Part shown: positions 10,020 through 20,510 of the stretch, piece by piece
How positions within the stretch are numbered: the stretch's first letter is position 1
How the letters are laid out: every line of letters begins with the position of its first letter
Source: an uncultured Pseudomonadales bacterium
GTDB taxonomy: Bacteria > Patescibacteriota > Microgenomatia > UBA1400 > CAYNMC01
NCBI GenBank assembly: GCA_964414895.1
Contig: CAYPXO010000003.1
Span: 12,284 to 76,283 of the forward strand
Length of the DNA stretch: 64,000 nt
Direction: 5' to 3'
Position numbers and translations under genes: made by a program
Notes under the pieces: model-generated
The model's input: only the letters and a program-made list of their open reading frames with translations
Databases searched by the model: none
Told to the model about the DNA's origin: nothing

Positions 10020-10293
10020 AGACTTTTTCTTCTGACAATTTTTTTAAGTTAATCTTTTTCTTTTTAGCCCATTTTTTAAACTCTTTTTTTCCTTTCTTTA
10101 AAAGCTGTTCAAAGCGAAGTTTCCACATTTTTTCTTTTTTTTCTTCACCAACAAGATAATCCCTATAAGGGATTAAAACCACCTCGGGAAGACTATCGCG
10201 GACAATAACTACTTTTTTTCTTTTACTAGCGACCGAGGAGACAATTTTGCTTAGGTTATTCCTTGCTTGGGTGATATTTATTATCTGTTGCAT
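9997..10293 (-). CDS. Phd/YefM-family antitoxin
   Basis: INITQARNNLSKIV N-terminus; overlaps PIN gene; upstream TTGACA-17-TACAAT. Confidence 0.85.
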   Translation of the reverse strand: MQQIINITQARNNLSKIVSSVASKRKKVVIVRDSLPEVVLIPYRDYLVGEEKKEKMWKLRFEQLLKKGKKEFKKWAKKKKINLKKLSEEKVYEIIDKA

Positions 10294-10416
10294 ACAAGAG
10301 ACATTGTATGTGACATTAATTTAAATGTCAAGTTTTATTATTAAAGACACCGACGATCGTCGGTCTAGATGATAATTCTAAGGGGTGAATTAAGAAAGAA
10401 AAAAGTTTAAATCTTT

Positions 10417-11292
10417 TCAAATTCGTCCAAATTTCTCTAAGAGTTTTCTTTGTTCTCGGGTGAGTTTTTCTGGAATTTGGACAATGATTTTAATGTATTG
10501 ATCGCCTTTGTAAGAAGATCTCGGGCGAGAGATTCCTTTACTCCGAAGGCGAATCAAGGTGCCCGGCTGAGTGCCCGGCCTTATTTTTATTTTTACATTG
10601 CCTTCAATTGTTGGCACTTGCGTTTCTCCACCTAAAGCAGCTAGGGTGAAAGGAATTCTTTTTTCTACCAAAACATCAAAACCTTCTCTTTTGAAAGTCT
10701 CGTCAGCTAAAACATCAATAGAAACATAAAAGTTGGAAAATCTAATTCTGGTGCCATCATCAACGCCGGCCGGGATTTTTATTTTTTTCTCTTTCCCTTG
10801 ATGGATAATTGTTTTCTCACAACCTTTGACCGCTTCCATAAAAGAAATCTTTAGGCTGTAGCGAGGAATTCTTTGTCTTTGACGAAAAGGAGTTCCGCCG
10901 CCAAAAAAAGACTCAAATATCTCAAAAGGATCGGAGAAACCGCCGAAGTCAAAACCCAAATCTTCAAAAGGCGAGCCACCACCGGAGGTTGTATAGGTAT
11001 AGGTAAATGGGCCTTGTTTGTAGGTTCGGCTACCCGGTCCTCCTTCAAAGCCGCCAAAGCCACCGGCTCCGAAAGCAGCATGGCCAAATTGATCATAAGC
11101 TTGCTTCTTTTTTGGATTAGATAAGACTTCGTAGGCTTGGTTTATTTCTTTGAACTTTTTTTCCGCCTCTTGGGATTTGTTTTTGTCCGGATGCCACTTT
11201 AAAGCCAGCTTTCTGTAAGCTTGTTTGATTTCGGATGTTGAAGCATTTTTGGAAACGCCTAAAATATCGTAATAGTCTCTTTTTGTAGCCAC
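10417..11292 (-). CDS. dnaJ: DnaJ-class chaperone without zinc finger (CbpA-like)
   Basis: J domain with HPD, G/F region, C-terminal domain, no CxxCxGxG; downstream of dnaK. Confidence 0.88.
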   Translation of the reverse strand: MATKRDYYDILGVSKNASTSEIKQAYRKLALKWHPDKNKSQEAEKKFKEINQAYEVLSNPKKKQAYDQFGHAAFGAGGFGGFEGGPGSRTYKQGPFTYTYTTSGGGSPFEDLGFDFGGFSDPFEIFESFFGGGTPFRQRQRIPRYSLKISFMEAVKGCEKTIIHQGKEKKIKIPAGVDDGTRIRFSNFYVSIDVLADETFKREGFDVLVEKRIPFTLAALGGETQVPTIEGNVKIKIRPGTQPGTLIRLRSKGISRPRSSYKGDQYIKIIVQIPEKLTREQRKLLEKFGRI

Positions 11293-11353
11293 GTTCCCTC
11301 ACTTTTATTCGGTCAAATTAAAAATTAAAAATGAAAAATTAAAAATTTTTTAA

Positions 11354-11514
11354 TATAGCTCTTTAAAAACAAAATGGCGGGTTTTTAAAAGCTGTTTTTT
11401 ATTCTCCTTGTCATTCCTGACCTGATAAGGAATCTATAAAAATAAAACTTATCTGTATAGATTCCTGCCTTCGCAGGAATGACAAAGGTGACATTTTGTT
11501 TTAACATTGCTATA
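11354..11514. mobile_element. MITE-like element, copy 1 (TA-flanked, palindromic core)
   Basis: TA|tagctctttaaaaacaaaatg ... cattttgttttaacattgcta|TA; inverted homolog at 25108-25300. Confidence 0.8.
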
Positions 11515-11534
11515 GAAAGAAATTAATTCTTAAA

Positions 11535-11555
11535 GGCCCTCCTCCAAGGAGGGCC
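11535..11555 (-). terminator. Hairpin downstream of dnaK, possible terminator or processing stem
   Basis: ggccctcct-cca-aggagggcc perfect 9-bp stem. Confidence 0.5.
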
Positions 11556-11612
11556 CTCTTAAATTTTAAATTTTGAGTTGCAATTTTACATTTTGCTTTT
11601 TAAATTTTGAAT

Positions 11613-13523
11613 TTATTCTACTACCTCTCCCTCTTCTGCCTTTCCTTTGTCCTCCCTATCTTTTTCTTTTTTCTTTTTCTTTTTTTTGTCTTTTTGCTGG
11701 CTGCTGGCTGCTGGCTGCTGGCTTTGCGCTTGATACATCTTCTCTCCTATTTTCTGCAGTTTTTCAGATAAATCTTTGTTTGCCTGATTAACGTTTTCTT
11801 TAGTAACATCATCTTTTTTGGTAAGCTCTCTGACCTTTTTTATTTCTTCCTCTATTTCTTTTTTTTCGCTGTCAGAGACCTTGTCACCAGCGTCTTTGAG
11901 CGTTTTTTCAGCGACAAAGCAAAGATTGTCTGCTTGATTTTTAGCTTCAATTAGCTCTTTTTGACTTTTGTCCTCCTCGGCGTGTTTTTCCGCCTCTTTG
12001 GTCATTTTTTCCACCTCTTCTTTTTCTAAACCGGTGGACCCTTGGATAGTAATTTTTTGTTCTTTGCTGGTTGCCTTGTCTTTGGCAGTGACATTCAAGA
12101 TGCCATTGGCATCAATGTCAAAAGTAACCTCAATTTGAGGAACACCCCTTGGGGCCGGTGGGATACCGTCTAGGATGAAACGTCCCAGAGACTTGTTATC
12201 TGCTGACATTGGTCTTTCCCCTTGAAGAACATGGACTTCAACTTGAGTTTGGTTGTCAGCAGCAGTGGAAAAGACTTGGGATTTGGAAGCAGGGATGGTA
12301 GTGTTGCGCTCAATCATCGGCGTTGCCACTCCTCCCAAAGTTTCAATAGATAGAGTCAAAGGAGTGACATCCAAAAGAAGGACGTCTTTGACATCACCGG
12401 CCAGGACTCCGCCTTGGATAGCCGCCCCGACAGCAACTACCTCGTCGGGATTAACGCTTCTGTTTGGCTCTTTACCAAAGAACTTTTTCACTTCTTGGTA
12501 AATTTTCGGAACTCTTGTCATTCCGCCAACCATAATGATCTCATCAATATCTTTAGTTTGTAGTTTGGCGTCTTTAAGACAGTCTTTGACCGGCTTTATT
12601 GATTTTTCAATCAAATCACTGACAAGTTCTTCCAGCTTGGCTCGGGTTAGCTTCATTGTTAAATGAAGTGGCCCTTGATTACCTTGGGTGATAAATGGTT
12701 GGTTTATCTCTGTTTGCTGAGATGAGGAAAGCTCGATTTTTGCTTTTTCGGCAGCATCGCGAATTCGTTGCAAAGCCTGAGGGTCAGCTCTTAAATCAAT
12801 GCCATGTTCTTTTTTGAACTCTTCAGCAATATAATCGGTGATTTCTTTGTCAAAATCATCGCCTCCCAAGTGAGTATCGCCATTTGTTGCTTTAACTTCG
12901 TAAACTCCCTCTCCCAGCTCCAAGATGGAAATATCAAAAGTTCCTCCTCCCAAATCATAAACGGCGATTGTTTTTGCTCCTTTTTTCTCTAACCCATAGG
13001 CCAGCGAGGCGGCGGTAGGTTCGTTAATAATTCTTTTAACCTTGAGTCCGGCTATCTCTCCGGCTTCTTTGGTGGCGCTTCGCTGGCTGTCGTCAAAATA
13101 AGCAGGGACAGTGATGACAGCATCGGTTACTTTTTCCCCTAAATAACTTTCGGCATCAGATTTTGCTTTTTGCAATATTTTGGCAGAAATCTCTTGCGGG
13201 GTGTAAGTTTTTCCTTCCACCTCAATGCAAGCAAGGCCTTTTTTACCGGCAACAATTTTATAAGGAAGCCATTTTTTATCTTTTTGAACAGAACTATCTT
13301 TAAACCTTTTTCCCATAAGCCGCTTAATACTAAAAATGGTATTTTGGGGATTGAGAACCATTTGTCTTTTGGCGACATCACCAACGAGATTTTTTGTTGG
13401 TTCTACAACTGAAGGGATAACATTGCGGCCTTCGGTCGAGTGAATAACTTTTGGTTTGCCGCCTTCCATAACAGCGACACAAGAATTGGTTGTTCCTAAA
13501 TCAATACCGATTATTTTACTCAT
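11613..13523 (-). CDS. dnaK: Chaperone DnaK
   Basis: [30 protein letters not shown]. Confidence 0.99.
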   Translation of the reverse strand: MSKIIGIDLGTTNSCVAVMEGGKPKVIHSTEGRNVIPSVVEPTKNLVGDVAKRQMVLNPQNTIFSIKRLMGKRFKDSSVQKDKKWLPYKIVAGKKGLACIEVEGKTYTPQEISAKILQKAKSDAESYLGEKVTDAVITVPAYFDDSQRSATKEAGEIAGLKVKRIINEPTAASLAYGLEKKGAKTIAVYDLGGGTFDISILELGEGVYEVKATNGDTHLGGDDFDKEITDYIAEEFKKEHGIDLRADPQALQRIRDAAEKAKIELSSSQQTEINQPFITQGNQGPLHLTMKLTRAKLEELVSDLIEKSIKPVKDCLKDAKLQTKDIDEIIMVGGMTRVPKIYQEVKKFFGKEPNRSVNPDEVVAVGAAIQGGVLAGDVKDVLLLDVTPLTLSIETLGGVATPMIERNTTIPASKSQVFSTAADNQTQVEVHVLQGERPMSADNKSLGRFILDGIPPAPRGVPQIEVTFDIDANGILNVTAKDKATSKEQKITIQGSTGLEKEEVEKMTKEAEKHAEEDKSQKELIEAKNQADNLCFVAEKTLKDAGDKVSDSEKKEIEEEIKKVRELTKKDDVTKENVNQANKDLSEKLQKIGEKMYQAQSQQPAASSQQKDKKKKKKKEKDREDKGKAEEGEVVE

Positions 13524-13569
13524 GCTGACCTCCTTTTACCCTTAATTTGTAATTTCAATTTGAAATTTG

Positions 13570-14037
13570 TCATTTGTCATTTGCAATTTTATTTTTCCCT
13601 ACCACCACTCTAGCAACCCGTAGCACTTTATCTTTAAACATATATCCTTTTTCCAGCACTCCCAGCACTTTTCCTTTTTTTCCTTTTTTAACATCAATAC
13701 ACTCCATTATTGTAGTGTCAAACTCACTTCCTTTTTGAATATTAATGTCATTTAAGCCTTCTGTCTGCAGAATTTTTTTAAACTCGTTAAGAATTAGTTT
13801 TAACCCTTCATCTTTTAAAGAAAGGACTGCTTTTTCTAAGTTTTCCAAGACAGAAAGTAATTTTAAGAGAAGTTCTTTGTTGGCAAACTCGATCCAGTCC
13901 TTTTTTTGCGCTTCTGTTTTTTTCTCTAAATTTTGGTAGTCAGCCAGAGCTCTCTTCCATTTTTCTGTTAACTGTTGGTTTTGTTCTTCCAATTCTTTTA
14001 TTCTTTTTTTATTTTTTTTAGCTTTGGGCTTTTTCAT
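13570..14037 (-). CDS. grpE: Nucleotide exchange factor GrpE
   Basis: RALADYQN, KGY...VLRVARVVV; position in heat-shock operon. Confidence 0.95.
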   Translation of the reverse strand: MKKPKAKKNKKRIKELEEQNQQLTEKWKRALADYQNLEKKTEAQKKDWIEFANKELLLKLLSVLENLEKAVLSLKDEGLKLILNEFKKILQTEGLNDINIQKGSEFDTTIMECIDVKKGKKGKVLGVLEKGYMFKDKVLRVARVVVGKNKIANDK

Positions 14038-14038
14038 A

Positions 14039-14767
14039 TTACCAATTTTTAAGAGCGTTGTTAATTAAATCGCCAAAATATCTAACAGTTGGTATTACCC
14101 ACGGATAGTCCAGTCGTGAAGGACCAAAAACACCAATAGAGCCGCTTATTACAGGCGACCTGAATTCTGTATAGACCAATCCACAAGGAGAGAGATATTC
14201 TAAGCCTAACTCTTCTCCTACCAACACATGAAGCGGTCCTTCGTCAACGGCCTTTTTGAATATTTGCTGGATAATTGAGAAGTCTTCAATTATTGACAGA
14301 ACGGTTTTGGTTACTTCAATATCAAGAAATTCCGGCATATCCAAGATATTAGCGTAGCCGGCATGGAAAACATCACCTTTTTCCGTTGCCGCTACAGCCA
14401 AAGTGGAAGTCTTTTTTGCCAGCAGTTGAGCAGCTTTGGAAAGAAGTCTGTTTAATTCATGTCTTTGATCCCAAATTTTCTCTTTCAGGGTAACTTCGTC
14501 GGTGACTGTTAGCTGTTTTTCTTCCATTAGCTGTTTAATATACAATTTTAAAGCAGCAGGAGTAGGTGAGCGACCAGCAGAGGTATGTGGTTGATAGAGA
14601 AGATCTTTTTTTTCCAACTGGACCATCTCGTTTCTTATTGTAGCTGGCGAAATACCGAGATTATATTTTTTGTCCAAAGTATCGCTGCCGACAGGCTTTC
14701 CGGTTTGGATATGCTCCTCGGTTATGATTTTTAATATTTTTAATTGCCTGGGGCTTAAGTCAGTCAT
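14039..14767 (-). CDS. hrcA: Heat-inducible repressor HrcA (short form)
   Basis: PVGS, SPATIRNEM, QPHTSAGR, GPSRLDY. Confidence 0.95.
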   Translation of the reverse strand: MTDLSPRQLKILKIITEEHIQTGKPVGSDTLDKKYNLGISPATIRNEMVQLEKKDLLYQPHTSAGRSPTPAALKLYIKQLMEEKQLTVTDEVTLKEKIWDQRHELNRLLSKAAQLLAKKTSTLAVAATEKGDVFHAGYANILDMPEFLDIEVTKTVLSIIEDFSIIQQIFKKAVDEGPLHVLVGEELGLEYLSPCGLVYTEFRSPVISGSIGVFGPSRLDYPWVIPTVRYFGDLINNALKNW

Positions 14768-14797
14768 AAGAGATAAATATTTATTTTTTATTTTTAC

Positions 14798-14834
14798 TTA
14801 GCACTATCTTAACAAGAGTGCTAAAATTTGTCAA
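14798..14834 (-). promoter_or_regulatory. CIRCE operator overlapping a sigma70 promoter
   Basis: TTAGCACTA-N9-GAGTGCTAA at 14798-14824; minus strand TTGACA-17 nt-TAAGAT. Confidence 0.93.
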
Positions 14835-14844
14835 GAGAGAAGAA

Positions 14845-16848
14845 TTACATCTTTTCCAAAGACTTAATTCCTAAAAGAAAAAGGCCATTTTTGAGAATTT
14901 GGGCACTAGCAGCGGTTAAAAGAAGCCTTAGTTTTTTTTGTTCTTTGTTGGGGCCTAAAATAGGATGTTTATTATAAAAGGTGTTGTATTTTTGTGCTAG
15001 TTCGTAAAGAAAATGGCAGATAAGATTGGGGCTGTAATTTTGCCCTGCTTCCAAAACTGTTTCGGGAAACCGATAAAGCCAGCGGAGAATGGCTGATTCC
15101 TCAGAATTTATTGTTCGAGCATAGTCGAGAACACATCCAACAGATTTAGTCCGAGCTTCTCGACTCCCCCGCAAGATGCGGGATCGCTCGAAGAATAAAC
15201 CTCTTTTTTCTTTTTCTCTTGCCTTTCTCAAAACACTTTTACAGCGAGCATAAGTGTATTGTAGATACGGTCCGGAATTGCCTTCGAGGGAAATTGATTC
15301 TTTAAAATCAAAAACCAAGTCCTGGCCGGGACTGACTTTTAAAAATGAGTATTTAACAGCGCCAATCGCTATTTTTTCAGCCACTTCTTCTGAAGTTTTG
15401 GGAAAAGCTTTTTTAATCTTTCCTCTAGCCTTGTCAAGCAATCCCTCACCAGTTATCACTGTTCCCAACCGAGAACTCATCTTCCCTTTTTTCAATCTTA
15501 CCCATCCATAAACTAGGTGAAACTGTTTGTCCTTATATTTTTCTGGCTCAAGTAGTTCTTCTACTTTAAAAGTGACTTTGAAAAAACTAGTCTGTTCCGG
15601 ACCGACTACATGGATATTCTTTTCTAGCTGTCCGAACTTGGAGAATTCCAATTGAGCCAATTTTAATTCTTTGCCTTCATAAGTGGGTAGCCCTAAAGAG
15701 TTAACAAAAACTCGGGTGTCCAAACCGAAAGAGCTGCCATCAAAAACAATTGCCCCTTTACTCTTTTTTAAAACTCCTTTTTTCAAAGCTTGGTGGGCCA
15801 AATCAACTCCCTCTAAACACTCACTTTCATAAAAACGGCGGTTATATTTGGTATAAACACGCTTGTAGATTCTTTCAAAATAATCCAAACTCCATTGCCT
15901 GGTTTCTTTCCAGAGTTGATAAATCTCGTTTAATTTTTCCTTTTTCCCTTTGACAAATTGGAGATAGTCGGTAGAACCAGGAAAAACTCCTTTTTCCTGC
16001 TGGAATTTTTGAGCGGCAGCGTAAATTAGAAAATTAATATCTTTTATTTCCCCCTTTGATTTTTTATCTTCTTCATACTCCTTGTTTCCCATAACATAAG
16101 CCCAACCCAAAACCTTCATTTTTATTGAAGGATCTGCATTTTCTATAGGATGTCCATGTTTTGTCTTGAAACCTTCATGATCAGTTTTTTTAATATACCC
16201 ATAGAGGCATTTGGCAATATGCAATCCCACATCACCCTGATAATTAGTTCTAATAATCTCAAAACCACTAGCTTCAAGAATCCGAGCGATTGCCTCACCC
16301 AAACTAATATTCCGCAAGTGACCAATATGGAACTGTTTGTGGGTATTCGGATGGGCATACTCAACCATCACTTTCTTATTCTTACCAGTCTTTGGTCTTC
16401 CATATTCCTCTCCTTTTTTTAGCACTCGCTGAAGCTCTTTGATAAACCATTCATTTTTTATTGATATATTAACAAAACCAGGTTTAACAGCCTGGATTTT
16501 ATAGCTATATTGTTTTATTGTTATATTGTTTTTTAGTTCTTTAACAATCTCTTCAGCTAGTTCCATGGGGGTTTTTGATTTGACACGATCGCTAAACTTT
16601 TTTAGAGCGATCGTGTCATCCTGAGCGCGCCTGATTCGATGTGACGAATCAGGCAGTCGAAGAATCTCTCCTTTAAGCTTTAATGCCACATTCGTGGCAT
16701 AATCCCCAAATTCCTCATTCTCCGGATGCTCCAAGTGAACCTCTTCAGGCTTCAAGGACAGTCCTTGTAATCTGTTAACCGCCTCAGCAATTGCTTTTTG
16801 AAGCTGGTATTGAAGAAAGTCTTCTGGTAAATTAATTTGCAATTTCAT
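14845..16848 (-). CDS. argS: Arginine-tRNA ligase with in-frame palindromic insertions
   Basis: FGDYATN, EYAHPNTHKQFHIGH, KMSSR, GNSGPYLQY, C-terminal EKM. Confidence 0.97.
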   Translation of the reverse strand: MKLQINLPEDFLQYQLQKAIAEAVNRLQGLSLKPEEVHLEHPENEEFGDYATNVALKLKGEILRLPDSSHRIRRAQDDTIALKKFSDRVKSKTPMELAEEIVKELKNNITIKQYSYKIQAVKPGFVNISIKNEWFIKELQRVLKKGEEYGRPKTGKNKKVMVEYAHPNTHKQFHIGHLRNISLGEAIARILEASGFEIIRTNYQGDVGLHIAKCLYGYIKKTDHEGFKTKHGHPIENADPSIKMKVLGWAYVMGNKEYEEDKKSKGEIKDINFLIYAAAQKFQQEKGVFPGSTDYLQFVKGKKEKLNEIYQLWKETRQWSLDYFERIYKRVYTKYNRRFYESECLEGVDLAHQALKKGVLKKSKGAIVFDGSSFGLDTRVFVNSLGLPTYEGKELKLAQLEFSKFGQLEKNIHVVGPEQTSFFKVTFKVEELLEPEKYKDKQFHLVYGWVRLKKGKMSSRLGTVITGEGLLDKARGKIKKAFPKTSEEVAEKIAIGAVKYSFLKVSPGQDLVFDFKESISLEGNSGPYLQYTYARCKSVLRKAREKEKRGLFFERSRILRGSREARTKSVGCVLDYARTINSEESAILRWLYRFPETVLEAGQNYSPNLICHFLYELAQKYNTFYNKHPILGPNKEQKKLRLLLTAASAQILKNGLFLLGIKSLEKM
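15107..15200 (-). repeat. Family R1 copy c, in frame inside argS
   Basis: Minus strand gtttattcttcgagcgatcccg...gagtcgagaag...gttctcgactatgctcgaacaataaa matches 2927-3043. Confidence 0.85.
16581..16668. repeat. Nested palindromic insertion in frame inside argS
   Basis: tgacacgatcgct/agcgatcgtgtca 13-bp stem, then gtcatcctgagcg-[gcctgattcg/cgaatcaggc]-gtcgaagaatctc. Confidence 0.8.
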
Positions 16849-17095
16849 CTTTAGTTCCTCATTGTTAAAACCATCTTAAGGTCTTTGCCATAAAGTCGGT
16901 TTTTCGAGCCTCCTTTTATAAAAATTAATTATTATGATTTTACCAACTTTAAAAAAGGAGTGAAAGACAATTAATCTTATCATCTGCCTTTTTAAATTCA
17001 AATATCTTAAGATGTGGTACGAAGAGGAAGATTGTTAAGAAAAGAGCTTTCTTTTAAGACTATTCGTGTTTTAGGCTTTTTGTTAGACTGAAAAA

Positions 17096-18475
17096 GTGAA
17101 AGTTGTTGCTGATCTTCATCTTCATTCAAGATATTCCCGGGCGGTTTCCCAAAAGATGGATCTTGGTAATTTGGCTTATTGGGCTAGTCTTAAAGGAATA
17201 GATCTTTTGGGAACGGCCGATTTTACCCATCCTTTATGGTTGCGGGAACTTAAAAGCGGACTTGAAGAGATGGCTGAGGGAATTTATAGTTTAAAGGATT
17301 CTTTTCTACAAGGACAGTCCTTGAAACTTTCAAGGACTGTCCTTAAAAAGATAAAGTTTGTTTTAACTACGGAGATAAGCTCGATTTATTCTCAAGGAGG
17401 GAAAGCAAGGAGGATACACAACCTTCTGTTTGCTCCTGATTTTGATACTGTTAGAAGAATTATCCAAAAATTGAAAAGTAATGGTGTTAATTTGATGGCT
17501 GATGGGCGACCGATGATTGGTTTATCTTCAAAGCAGCTCTGTGAATTAGTTTGGTCCGTTAATGAAGAAGTATTGCTAGTGCCTGCTCATGTTTGGACTC
17601 CTTGGTATTCTCTTTACGGATCAAAATCCGGCTTTGATTCTATAAAGGAATGTTATGGTGAATTTAGTGATCGGATTTATGCTATTGAGACAGGTTTGAG
17701 CAGCGACCCAGCGATGAATTGGCGGATTGAGGAATTAAATAAGCGTTCGATCGTTTCTTTTAGCGATGCTCATTCTGCTAGCAAGCTGGGCAGAGAAGCA
17801 ACGGTTTTCAAGCGAAAAGCGAAAAGCGAAAAGCGAAAAGCCATAGATAATTTTAATTTTCAAGATTTAGCTGGAGCTATTAGACAAGATGAAAATTCTG
17901 ACTGGGAGGTTGCTTACACAATCGAGTTTTACCCTCAAGAGGGCAAATACCATTGGACTGGTCACCGGAAATGCGGCGTTGTTCACTCGCCTGAGCAAAC
18001 CGCCAAAAAAGGCTCTCTTTGTCCTGTTTGCGGTAGGAATTTGACTGTTGGGGTGATGCATAGAGTGGAAGACTTAGCCAAAGGGAGAAAGATCAAGGTG
18101 GAAATAAAGACTAATAAGAGCGGCACCAAAGGGAACTATTGTCTTAGTCAATCTAATCGGCCGCCCTTTGTTACTTTGGTTCCCCTTTTGGAAATCATAG
18201 CTGAAAGTTTAGGGATGAGTTCAGTAGGCAAAAAAGTCTTAGGCCAATATTTTTTGTTAACGGAGAAACTCGGAAGAGAGTTGACAATTTTGCTTAGCAC
18301 TCCTCTTGGGGATATTGAGAAAATTGCTGGTTCTCGGTTGGCAGAAGGAATAGGGAAAGTGAGAAGAAGAGAAATTGTTATCAATCCCGGCTATGATGGC
18401 CTTTTTGGAGAAGTAAAAATTTGGGGAGAAAAAAGGAAAGAGGATCTTGTCAAAGAACAAATGAGTCTGCTTTAA
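17096..18475 (+). CDS. PHP-domain protein, endonuclease Q/TIGR00375-like
   Basis: DLHLHSRYS, GTADFTHP, PAHVWTPW, ETGLSSD, SDAHS, GKYH, CPVCG, PGYDG. Confidence 0.88.
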   Translation: MKVVADLHLHSRYSRAVSQKMDLGNLAYWASLKGIDLLGTADFTHPLWLRELKSGLEEMAEGIYSLKDSFLQGQSLKLSRTVLKKIKFVLTTEISSIYSQGGKARRIHNLLFAPDFDTVRRIIQKLKSNGVNLMADGRPMIGLSSKQLCELVWSVNEEVLLVPAHVWTPWYSLYGSKSGFDSIKECYGEFSDRIYAIETGLSSDPAMNWRIEELNKRSIVSFSDAHSASKLGREATVFKRKAKSEKRKAIDNFNFQDLAGAIRQDENSDWEVAYTIEFYPQEGKYHWTGHRKCGVVHSPEQTAKKGSLCPVCGRNLTVGVMHRVEDLAKGRKIKVEIKTNKSGTKGNYCLSQSNRPPFVTLVPLLEIIAESLGMSSVGKKVLGQYFLLTEKLGRELTILLSTPLGDIEKIAGSRLAEGIGKVRRREIVINPGYDGLFGEVKIWGEKRKEDLVKEQMSLL

Positions 18476-18524
18476 TATTATTTATAGACCTGCCTTTATT
18501 AAGTTATGGCGGGTAAGGAGGGAG

Positions 18525-18857
18525 GTGAAAATGCCAAATAAAAAACTTGCCTATGGGCTAGAAAGAAATACCGCCGCCGCTTTGGCTTATATAGGAATTT
18601 GGATTAGTGGGTTGATCTTTTTTCTAATCGAAAAGGAAGATAAGTTTGTCCGCTTTCATGCCCTTCAATCAATAGTTGTTTTTGGAGGGCTGACAATAGC
18701 AATGATAGTTCCTGTTCTTGGTTGGGCTCTAGCTCCTCTTATTTGGGTGCTTGGTTTTGTTCTATGGCTGGTTTGTATAGTTAAGGCTTATCAAGGAGAA
18801 AGATTTTTTGTTCCTTTTGTTGGCCGTTTTGTGGAGAAGAAACTAAAAGACATGTAA
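18525..18857 (+). CDS. DUF4870-like membrane protein
   Basis: AALAY, FVRFHALQSI, KAYQGE. Confidence 0.8.
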   Translation: MKMPNKKLAYGLERNTAAALAYIGIWISGLIFFLIEKEDKFVRFHALQSIVVFGGLTIAMIVPVLGWALAPLIWVLGFVLWLVCIVKAYQGERFFVPFVGRFVEKKLKDM

Positions 18858-18909
18858 ACCTTTTCCTTTATTGAAATAGAGATGGTTTTGTGTTATATAT
18901 GGCTTTGGA

Positions 18910-19824
18910 ATGCCTAAAATATTGTTGGTTATTTTTCTTCTTTTTTCTGCTCTGATTTTAGCTGGCTGTAGCCTTCCTTTTGGTAAAGGAAAAAAAGCAG
19001 CTCTTCAGATAACTTCTAGTCCTAAAACAACGGTTTTTTTAGATGGTGAGCACTTGGGAGCGACTCCTTTTTTTGACGAAAAAATAAAACCGGGCGAATA
19101 TACAATTAAGCTTGTTCCCGAAGCAAGTGGCCAACAAGTGCTCTCTTGGGAAGGCAGAGTGGAGCTGGTTGCCGGAGTTCTAACAGTGATTAGTCGAGAT
19201 TTAGGAGAAACAGAGGAGACTTCAAGCGGCTATGTTTTGTCCTTGGAGCGTAAAACTGACAAGGAAAGCGCCAGTATAGCAGTGGTGACTGACCCTGACG
19301 GGGCAGTTGTTTCTTTAGATGGGGAGCCAAAGGGTTTTGCTCCTTTAAGCATTGATGATTTGCAGGAAGGTGAAAACATTTTAGCTATTTCTTCTCCCGG
19401 ATTTGTAGAGAAGACAATAAAAGCTAAAACAATCAAAGGGTATAAATTGATTGCCAGTATTCAATTGGCAAAGATGTTTGAAGAAGAGGAAGAGGAGGAG
19501 GAGGAAGCAAGTCCTTCGGCCGAAATTGAGGAAGAAGAGGTTTCTTCTTCACCAAGTCCCCGCTCAAGTCCCAGAACGGAGACTTCTACAGAAGACGATG
19601 AAATGGAAAGACCATATGTGAAGATCAAAGAAACAGGAACCGGCTGGTTGAATGTGCGCACAGAGCCTTCTACGGCCGGCAAAGAAGAAACAATTATTAC
19701 CAAAATCTACCCGGGGGAGGTTTATAGGTTTATTGAGTCAAACAGCAGTGGTTGGTATAAAATTGAGCATGAAGAAGGAGAATCTGGCTGGATTTCCGGC
19801 AAATACGCAGAGCTTTATAAGTAA
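18910..19824 (+). CDS. PEGA-domain lipoprotein with C-terminal SH3b domain
   Basis: Lipobox LAGC; two PEGA-like repeats; LNVRTEPS...GWYKI...GWIS. Confidence 0.82.
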   Translation: MPKILLVIFLLFSALILAGCSLPFGKGKKAALQITSSPKTTVFLDGEHLGATPFFDEKIKPGEYTIKLVPEASGQQVLSWEGRVELVAGVLTVISRDLGETEETSSGYVLSLERKTDKESASIAVVTDPDGAVVSLDGEPKGFAPLSIDDLQEGENILAISSPGFVEKTIKAKTIKGYKLIASIQLAKMFEEEEEEEEEASPSAEIEEEEVSSSPSPRSSPRTETSTEDDEMERPYVKIKETGTGWLNVRTEPSTAGKEETIITKIYPGEVYRFIESNSSGWYKIEHEEGESGWISGKYAELYK

Positions 19825-19839
19825 GGCTTATCAAAACAG

Positions 19840-20103
19840 GTGCAAAAGAAAATAAATTTTGGGTTAAAGAAAATTTTAATCTGGTTTTTGGTTTATTATG
19901 TAATAGGCTTTATTGTCTTAAATGTTCTGAGTTTTTTAAGACACATTAGTCCAGAAGCAGACATAATTAGCTTAACAAAGGGAGTTTTTTATAGCAGAAT
20001 CTCCGAGTTTGAATTTTGGAAGACAATATTGACGTGGCCTCTTTTTTTAGTTAGATTTTTCTTATTTACTTATCAATGCTTAAGCGGTGGTCCTTGCGAG
20101 TAA
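19840..20103 (+). CDS. Small membrane hypothetical protein
   Basis: 87-aa ORF with two hydrophobic segments, co-oriented with neighbours. Confidence 0.5.
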   Translation: MQKKINFGLKKILIWFLVYYVIGFIVLNVLSFLRHISPEADIISLTKGVFYSRISEFEFWKTILTWPLFLVRFFLFTYQCLSGGPCE

Positions 20104-20120
20104 GTTTTATAAGGGGATGA

Positions 20121-20510
20121 ATGCCAATAATTAATTGGATAAAAAGGAACATTTTTTTATCTCTGAAAGTAAGTTTAACTAGTCTAAAAATACAGTTTGT
20201 TTTTATTCCCTTATATTTTATTTTTCAACTTGCTGTTTATCTTTATTTTAAGAACTCTCTTTCTCAAAATGGCTTTTGGGTGATTTTTATTCCGATGTTT
20301 GCTACTCTACTTCTTGCACTAATTTATCTTATTCCTAAGAGGAATAATCCAAACTACCAAATTTATTATTTGTTTCATCTTTCAAAAACATCAAGAATTA
20401 TTATTTTGTTTGGCATACTGCTTTTAATATTTTTATATTTCTATGCCCAATGCCGAGATTATGGTTTGACTATAGGAATTAATTGTTTCCAAAAAATCCT
20501 TCAGCGTTGA
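20121..20510 (+). CDS. Membrane hypothetical protein
   Basis: Three hydrophobic segments; GGGG SD-like sequence upstream. Confidence 0.55.
   Translation: MPIINWIKRNIFLSLKVSLTSLKIQFVFIPLYFIFQLAVYLYFKNSLSQNGFWVIFIPMFATLLLALIYLIPKRNNPNYQIYYLFHLSKTSRIIILFGILLLIFLYFYAQCRDYGLTIGINCFQKILQR

Noticed and set aside
10349-10368. Palindrome ccgacgatcgtcgg
   Set aside because: Single short occurrence with no second copy seen; function cannot be supported.
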